From positions 1 to 51,501 of the forward strand of contig CAMOQR010000004.1 of assembly GCA_946623125.1 (NCBI GenBank): a stretch of 51,501 nt of DNA. Reading direction: 5' to 3'. This document shows, one piece after another, positions 46,332 through 51,501 of the stretch. Both the position numbers and the translations under genes were made by a program. The DNA comes from an uncultured Bacillales bacterium. Lineage in GTDB: Bacteria > Bacillota_I > Bacilli_A > RF39 > UBA660. The first letter of the stretch is position 1; every line of letters starts with the position of its first letter. Below the pieces are notes generated by a model that worked only from the letters and a program-made list of their open reading frames with translations, had not been told where the DNA came from and searched no databases.

Positions 46332-47957
46332 ATGGATGAGACAATTGGTAGTAAGGGTGGTAAAAATGACCGTAGAAGAAGTTTTTTTATTAGGCTTCGA
46401 AAACAAAAAAAAGAAGATGAGTCTTCTTTAAAAGAATTAGAGAAAAAAGTTAAGAAAAAGCAAGTATATACACTTATTAAAACTCTTCCTATTGTGTTAA
46501 CGGGTGGAATGATTCAATCTATTTATCGTGTTTCATCTTCTTATCAAAAAGAAGATAAAGAAGAAGAAAATTCAAAATGGAAAATTCCAGAATATGATGC
46601 TGATTTTTCAAGTAAACCTCGTAATTATCCAAAAACAGTAAATCATCCTCAAAAAAAAGTAGTTTATGTTTCTCAAGGAAAAAAAGTTGAAGTTCATTTG
46701 TTTTCTTTTCCGGATAAGAGAGTGGAAGAAAGAAAAGAAATGAATTCAACTCCTCATAAGAAGGAAGAATTAAAAGAGGCTATTCCTTTTCCAGAACAAA
46801 ATAAGTTTTTATTTGTTGATTTTATAGATCAAGATAATCATAAAGAAGAAGTATTTTCTCAATCAGAAAAGGATCCAGATGATTTTTCTGATTTAACTGA
46901 TGAACAACAAAAAATACTACAAGAATTAAAATCTCATAAAATTATTGTAGAATATGAAAAAAAATTAAAAGATATTCGTTTTGATTTAAGACAAATTATT
47001 TATGATTATCAAGTTTTAGCAGATGAAGAAGAAAAAGTAGTTTTAAAAAAAGAGGCTGAAAAATTATTTGATCAATTATCTTTTATTATTTCTCAAATAG
47101 AAGAATTAAAATCAAAAATTCAAATTGATAATATAGATCGTTATGATGATCAATATTTGTACTATTTAATTGAAGATTACTTAGATGAATTCCAAGATGG
47201 TAAGATCCTTTCTGAACTTAAAGATTCTCCTTTGTATGTCCTTATTTCAGAGAGGCTTAATGAGTTGGAGAAAAAGAAAAATTCTTTTTCTAAGAAAGTA
47301 GAGGATAAGAAAGAAAAGTTAGAAAAGAAGGAGATTGCTTTTGAACAATTTAAAAATAAATATTATTCTATAGAAGATATGAAAAAAAATTTTGAGATGT
47401 TTCAAAAAGATCAAGAGAAGTATTTAGTTGATTTACAATATAAGATTAATAATGCTACCAGTATAAAAGAAAGAGTTGATATTCAGTTTCAGGGGCTTAA
47501 TGCTCAAAGTAAGAAATTACTAAAATTTTTAACTTTTTCTATGTTATTTCCAGGAAGCCGTATGGCAAGAGGAATGGCACTTTCTACTCTTTCTTATTTG
47601 GCTCTTATGAGTAAAATTGTGCAGCAACATACCATTACTAAGAAATATCAAGTAGTAGAGGTAATGAATTATAGTCAAGAAATTGAGAATAGTATGGAAA
47701 GTATTCGAGGTACTATTTCTTTAATTGGTAAAACGAGTGGTGATATTGATAAAATGATTCTTGAAATAAAAGATCAATTTTCTGATTATTTTGGGGTATT
47801 ACCAGAATGTGATGAGTTGCTTTCTAATCTTTTGAATATTAAAAAAGAATTAGAAGAAAAAGAATATGAAATGAAGAAGATTTTAAAACAACAAGAAGAG
47901 GAATTAGAAAGAAATAATGCAAAAGTTAAGAAGATGGGAGAGTATCCTGTCAATTAG
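46332..47957 (+). CDS. Coiled-coil hypothetical protein
   Basis: K/E-rich heptads with one internal hydrophobic segment; ATG at 46332 after GGTGA. Confidence 0.75.
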   Translation: MDETIGSKGGKNDRRRSFFIRLRKQKKEDESSLKELEKKVKKKQVYTLIKTLPIVLTGGMIQSIYRVSSSYQKEDKEEENSKWKIPEYDADFSSKPRNYPKTVNHPQKKVVYVSQGKKVEVHLFSFPDKRVEERKEMNSTPHKKEELKEAIPFPEQNKFLFVDFIDQDNHKEEVFSQSEKDPDDFSDLTDEQQKILQELKSHKIIVEYEKKLKDIRFDLRQIIYDYQVLADEEEKVVLKKEAEKLFDQLSFIISQIEELKSKIQIDNIDRYDDQYLYYLIEDYLDEFQDGKILSELKDSPLYVLISERLNELEKKKNSFSKKVEDKKEKLEKKEIAFEQFKNKYYSIEDMKKNFEMFQKDQEKYLVDLQYKINNATSIKERVDIQFQGLNAQSKKLLKFLTFSMLFPGSRMARGMALSTLSYLALMSKIVQQHTITKKYQVVEVMNYSQEIENSMESIRGTISLIGKTSGDIDKMILEIKDQFSDYFGVLPECDELLSNLLNIKKELEEKEYEMKKILKQQEEELERNNAKVKKMGEYPVN

Positions 47958-48030
47958 TGTAAAAGTTTTTTTTCTATTCTCTTTTTTGTCGTTTAATATG
48001 ATATAATGATTCAGAAATGGAGTGTGTAAC

Positions 48031-49011
48031 ATGTTATTACTTACAAAGGCTGTATTTGCAATTATGATTGGCTTTTTGTCTTCTGTTGTATTAGGTTTGT
48101 TTATGGTTCCTATTTTAAAAAAATTACGTGTTGGACAAAAAATTTCTATTTTTGTAGGAGAAGCACATCGTAAAAAAGAAGGTACTCCTACTATGGGTGG
48201 TTTAATCTTTATTTTGCCAACTGTTGCGGCAACTTTGGGATTAATTATTACTCATAAAATTACGTATACTTCTAATTTGGGTATCGTTTTACTTGTCTTT
48301 ATTGGATATACTTTAATTGGGTTTTTAGATGATTTCTTATCGATTAAAAAAGGAAATAATGAAGGGCTTACGGTTTATCAAAAATTATTTATGCAAGTGT
48401 TAATTGCTATCGGTTTTTTCTATATTTATATGAGAAGTGGAGGGCAAACAGCTTGGGTTGTTGGAACTCTTCATATTGATTTAGAATTAGGTTGGTTGTA
48501 TGGACTTGCTATTTTATTTGTATTAGTAGGTGCAAGTAATGCAGTTAATTTAACTGATGGGTTAGATGGTTTAGCAGGAGGACTTTCTGCAATTGCTTTT
48601 ATTGCTTATGCATTAATATCTTTATCTGTTGGATTTGAAGATATTGGATTATTTAGTTTAATTTTAGTTGGTGGTTTATTTGGATTTTTAGTTTATAATA
48701 CGCATCCTGCTAAAATTTTTATGGGAGATACAGGATCTCTTGCTTTAGGTGCTACTATGGGTGCAATTGCAATTCTTACACATCGTGAATTAACATTATT
48801 AGTAGTTGCGTTTATTTTTGTTATTGAAACCTTATCTGTTATTTTACAAACTTTTTGGGTTGTTTTCTTTAAAAGAAAATTATTCTTAATGACACCTTTA
48901 CATCATCATTTTGAAAAATTAGGATGGTTTGAAAGTGATATTGTAAAACTATTTTGGGTTGCTGGTTTAGTATTGGCTATGGCTGGTATTATATTTGGTG
49001 TTTGGGTATAG
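48031..49011 (+). CDS. mraY: Phospho-MurNAc-pentapeptide transferase MraY
   Basis: KKEGTPTMGG, LDD, NAVNLTDGLDGLA, FMGDTGS, PLHHHFE. Confidence 0.97.
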   Translation: MLLLTKAVFAIMIGFLSSVVLGLFMVPILKKLRVGQKISIFVGEAHRKKEGTPTMGGLIFILPTVAATLGLIITHKITYTSNLGIVLLVFIGYTLIGFLDDFLSIKKGNNEGLTVYQKLFMQVLIAIGFFYIYMRSGGQTAWVVGTLHIDLELGWLYGLAILFVLVGASNAVNLTDGLDGLAGGLSAIAFIAYALISLSVGFEDIGLFSLILVGGLFGFLVYNTHPAKIFMGDTGSLALGATMGAIAILTHRELTLLVVAFIFVIETLSVILQTFWVVFFKRKLFLMTPLHHHFEKLGWFESDIVKLFWVAGLVLAMAGIIFGVWV

Positions 49012-49037
49012 AAAAGTAGATTACTTTTCTTTTTTTA
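49010..49037 (+). terminator. Intrinsic terminator
   Basis: AGAAAAGTA-GAT-TACTTTTCT plus T tract. Confidence 0.75.
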
Positions 49038-49082
49038 TTATTTTTTCATTTCGTGTTATACTTATTATAGGAGGATGATGAT

Positions 49083-50459
49083 ATGGAAAAGAATGCTTGG
49101 AATTCTTATAATGATTATGATATTAATTTATTAAATGAAATTTGTGATGATTATCGTAAATTTATTAGTAATAGTAAAATTGAAAGAGAAGTTGTTGCAA
49201 ACTCTATTTCTTTAATTGAAGAAAAAGGATTTGTTTCTTTAGATGAAGTGATTTCTAAAAATAAAAATTTATTACCTGGTGATAAGATTTATGTTAATAA
49301 TAGGGGAAAGAGTCTTGCTTTATTTATAATTGGTGATGATGATATTACGGAAGGGATGAATATACTGGGAGCACATGTAGATTCTCCAAGACTTGATTTA
49401 AAAGCAAATGCTTTATATGAAGAAAGTGATTTTGCTTATTTTGATACTCATTATTATGGTGGTATTAAAAAATATCAATGGTTAACACTACCTCTTGCTT
49501 TACATGGAGTTGTTGTTAAGAAAAATGGAGATGTTGTGCAAGTAGTTATTGGGGAAGAAGAAGGTGATCCAGTTGTTGGTATTACAGATTTATTACCTCA
49601 TTTAGGTCAAAAACAATTGAAAAAAGAGGCATCTGAATTTATTGAAGGAGAAAAGTTAGATGTTTTAATTGGTAGTATGCCTTTAAAAGGAGAAGAGAAA
49701 GATTCTGTAAAGAAGAATATTTTGGAAATTTTAAGAAATAAATATGGAATAGAAGAGGATGATTTTTTATCTGCAGAAATTGAAGTGGTTCCTGCTGGAC
49801 GGGCAAGAGACTTTGGATTAGATCGTTCTATGATTATGGCATATGGTCAGGATGATAAAGTATGTGCTTATACTTCTTTAAGAGCATTTTTAGATGCTCC
49901 AAGATGTGAGAGAACGATTTGTTGTATTTTAGTTGATAAAGAAGAAATTGGAAGTATGGGTGCTACTGGTATGCAATCTAGTTTCTTTGAAAATGCAGTT
50001 TTAGAATTATGCTGTTTAATGGGTCATTCTGAGCCTACAGCAGTTAGTAGATGCTTAACTCACTCTTATATGTTATCTAGTGATGTGAATGCTGCATATG
50101 ATCCATTATATTGTGATGTAATGGATAAGAGAAATTCTTCTTATTTCAATCAAGGAGTAGTTTTCTGTAAATATACTGGTTCTCGTGGTAAGAGTGGTTC
50201 TAATGATGCTAATGCAGAATATGTTGCTAAACTACGTTCTATTATGGATTATCATGATGTACATTTTCAAATATCTGAACTTGGTAAAGTAGATGCTGGA
50301 GGAGGAGGTACTATTGCTTATATCCTTGCCAATCGTAATGTAAATGTTATTGATTGTGGGGTAGGAGTTCTTAGTATGCATGCTCCATGGGAAATTACTG
50401 CTAAGTCAGATATTTATGAGGCTTATAAATGTTATTTAGCATTTTTGAAAGATGCATAA
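49083..50459 (+). CDS. apeA: M18 family aminopeptidase (ApeA-like)
   Basis: GAHVDSPRLD, HYYGG, GQDD, DKEEIGS, SSDV, GGGGTI, SMHAP.E. Confidence 0.9.
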   Translation: MEKNAWNSYNDYDINLLNEICDDYRKFISNSKIEREVVANSISLIEEKGFVSLDEVISKNKNLLPGDKIYVNNRGKSLALFIIGDDDITEGMNILGAHVDSPRLDLKANALYEESDFAYFDTHYYGGIKKYQWLTLPLALHGVVVKKNGDVVQVVIGEEEGDPVVGITDLLPHLGQKQLKKEASEFIEGEKLDVLIGSMPLKGEEKDSVKKNILEILRNKYGIEEDDFLSAEIEVVPAGRARDFGLDRSMIMAYGQDDKVCAYTSLRAFLDAPRCERTICCILVDKEEIGSMGATGMQSSFFENAVLELCCLMGHSEPTAVSRCLTHSYMLSSDVNAAYDPLYCDVMDKRNSSYFNQGVVFCKYTGSRGKSGSNDANAEYVAKLRSIMDYHDVHFQISELGKVDAGGGGTIAYILANRNVNVIDCGVGVLSMHAPWEITAKSDIYEAYKCYLAFLKDA

Positions 50460-50482
50460 AATCTCTTTTTAGAGATTTTTTT
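50457..50482 (+). terminator. Intrinsic terminator
   Basis: AAAATCTCT-TTTT-AGAGATTTT plus T tract. Confidence 0.75.
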
Positions 50483-50546
50483 ATTGCCTTTATGCTTTTA
50501 TTTTTTATCTCTTTATGGTATACTCTTCTTAAGATAGGTGAGTTTT

Positions 50547-51501
50547 ATGTCAAAAAAAATTAGGGGTTATGTTATTATATCTTTTTTTATGTTGCTTTTT
50601 CCATTATTCGTATTTGCTGAAGAAGGCAATGAGTCTATATCAAATGATGGAGCAAGAAAAGACATTACAGTTTGTTCTAAGACGGTAGGAGACTGCGATT
50701 ATCAAACACTTGATCAAGCCTTAACTTATTTAGAATCTTTTCATTATTATGATGATAATATTTATCCACCCCTTGTTTATTTAAAAGATTCTACAACACA
50801 GATTCTTACCAATCATACGTTAGATGTTCCAGTTGCAATCTATGGATATAATTATGACAACGATATTTCTATTGATGGAACTGGTTCTACGATTTCTACG
50901 AATTATGGGTTTTATTTTGATGCGGATGATGTTTCCATTACTAATTTAAATGTGGTTCTTTTGAATACGAATTATTTTTCTTATTCTGATTTTAATGCTG
51001 TTTTTGATTTTGATGTTAACAGTTTTTCCCTTGACAATTTTCATTTAAAGAATGAAGGAAAAGATTATTCTTGCATTACTGATATTTCTCGTTCTTTAGT
51101 AGGTGTTTCTATTGAAACTTCTGCCCCTGCTCAACGAGAAATTCATGAGAGACTTTCTTTTTATGATGCATCAATTACAAATTCCTCTATTACAAACTTT
51201 GATATAGCGGTTGATACGTACAGAGAGGGTTTTTACAAAAGGATTGCGGATGTTAATCAGTCAATGGAGTCTATTACAGAAGATGGGGATCGTGAAGATG
51301 ATTTTGGGTTAGTTTTAACAGTTGATAAATGTGATTTTTATGATAATTTTTTATCTTTTTATCTTTACCATACTTCTTCTTTTATTTCTAATTCTAAACT
51401 TAGTTCTATTGTTGGAAGAGATTCTAATGTTAAGCTATTAGATGGAAATTCTTTTGGAGAGGCTAAAGTTATTAAAGTTCATTCTTATACGGATCAAGAG
51501 A
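50547..51501 (+). CDS. Secreted protein with probable right-handed beta-helix; partial, runs off the window end and is not in the ORF track
   Basis: AGGTGA RBS; signal peptide MSKKIRGYVIISFFMLLFPLFVFA; ITVCSKTVGDCDYQTLDQAL cap motif; VSITNLNV and SITNSSITN rungs; open to the window end by manual translation. Confidence 0.75.
   Translation, partial: MSKKIRGYVIISFFMLLFPLFVFAEEGNESISNDGARKDITVCSKTVGDCDYQTLDQALTYLESFHYYDDNIYPPLVYLKDSTTQILTNHTLDVPVAIYGYNYDNDISIDGTGSTISTNYGFYFDADDVSITNLNVVLLNTNYFSYSDFNAVFDFDVNSFSLDNFHLKNEGKDYSCITDISRSLVGVSIETSAPAQREIHERLSFYDASITNSSITNFDIAVDTYREGFYKRIADVNQSMESITEDGDREDDFGLVLTVDKCDFYDNFLSFYLYHTSSFISNSKLSSIVGRDSNVKLLDGNSFGEAKVIKVHSYTDQE

Noticed and set aside
173-46749. 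Short overlapping or antisense ORFs in the track (e.g. 173-385, 2622-2999, 3485-3799, 15919-16239, 24826-25980, 42328-42678, 44003-44239)
   Set aside because: They lie within well-supported genes, have I/F/N-biased shadow composition and lack a convincing RBS.

Overview
Very AT-rich chromosomal segment of a low-GC, spore-forming Bacillota of class-Bacilli type. The compact intergenic regions and gene style resemble uncultured RF39-like gut lineages, but this is an inference. Almost all genes lie on the T/G-rich + strand. In order, the window holds: an arginase divergent from murE; a glycan/glycosylation cluster (three GT2s, a priming transferase, an O-antigen-ligase-like protein, VanZ, a flippase) with a surface protein embedded in it; intact sigK; a polysaccharide deacetylase; yqeG-yqeH; the first half of the dcw cluster (mraZ-rsmH-ftsL-pbpB); about 25 kb of accessory genes; spoVD, a coiled-coil gene, mraY, an M18 aminopeptidase and a truncated secreted beta-helix-like protein. 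The best candidate for an undescribed system is 35.9-41.2 kb. It comprises a LysR regulator, a divergent RlmN/Cfr-flavoured radical SAM protein, a translationally coupled NADAR-DHH fusion and a 60-aa ORF with a LysR-type box at about -65, next to a convergent CofE-like ligase. Other highlights are a 1993-aa protein with a ~99-aa tandem repeat I do not recognise, a MurE with a non-DAP EDPR motif facing an arginase, a surface protein with an internal sorting-like signal, and a long G-U-rich leader hairpin before an ABC exporter. I saw no rRNA, tRNA, CRISPR array, transposase or integrase. All calls come from motif recognition by eye; no database searches were run.
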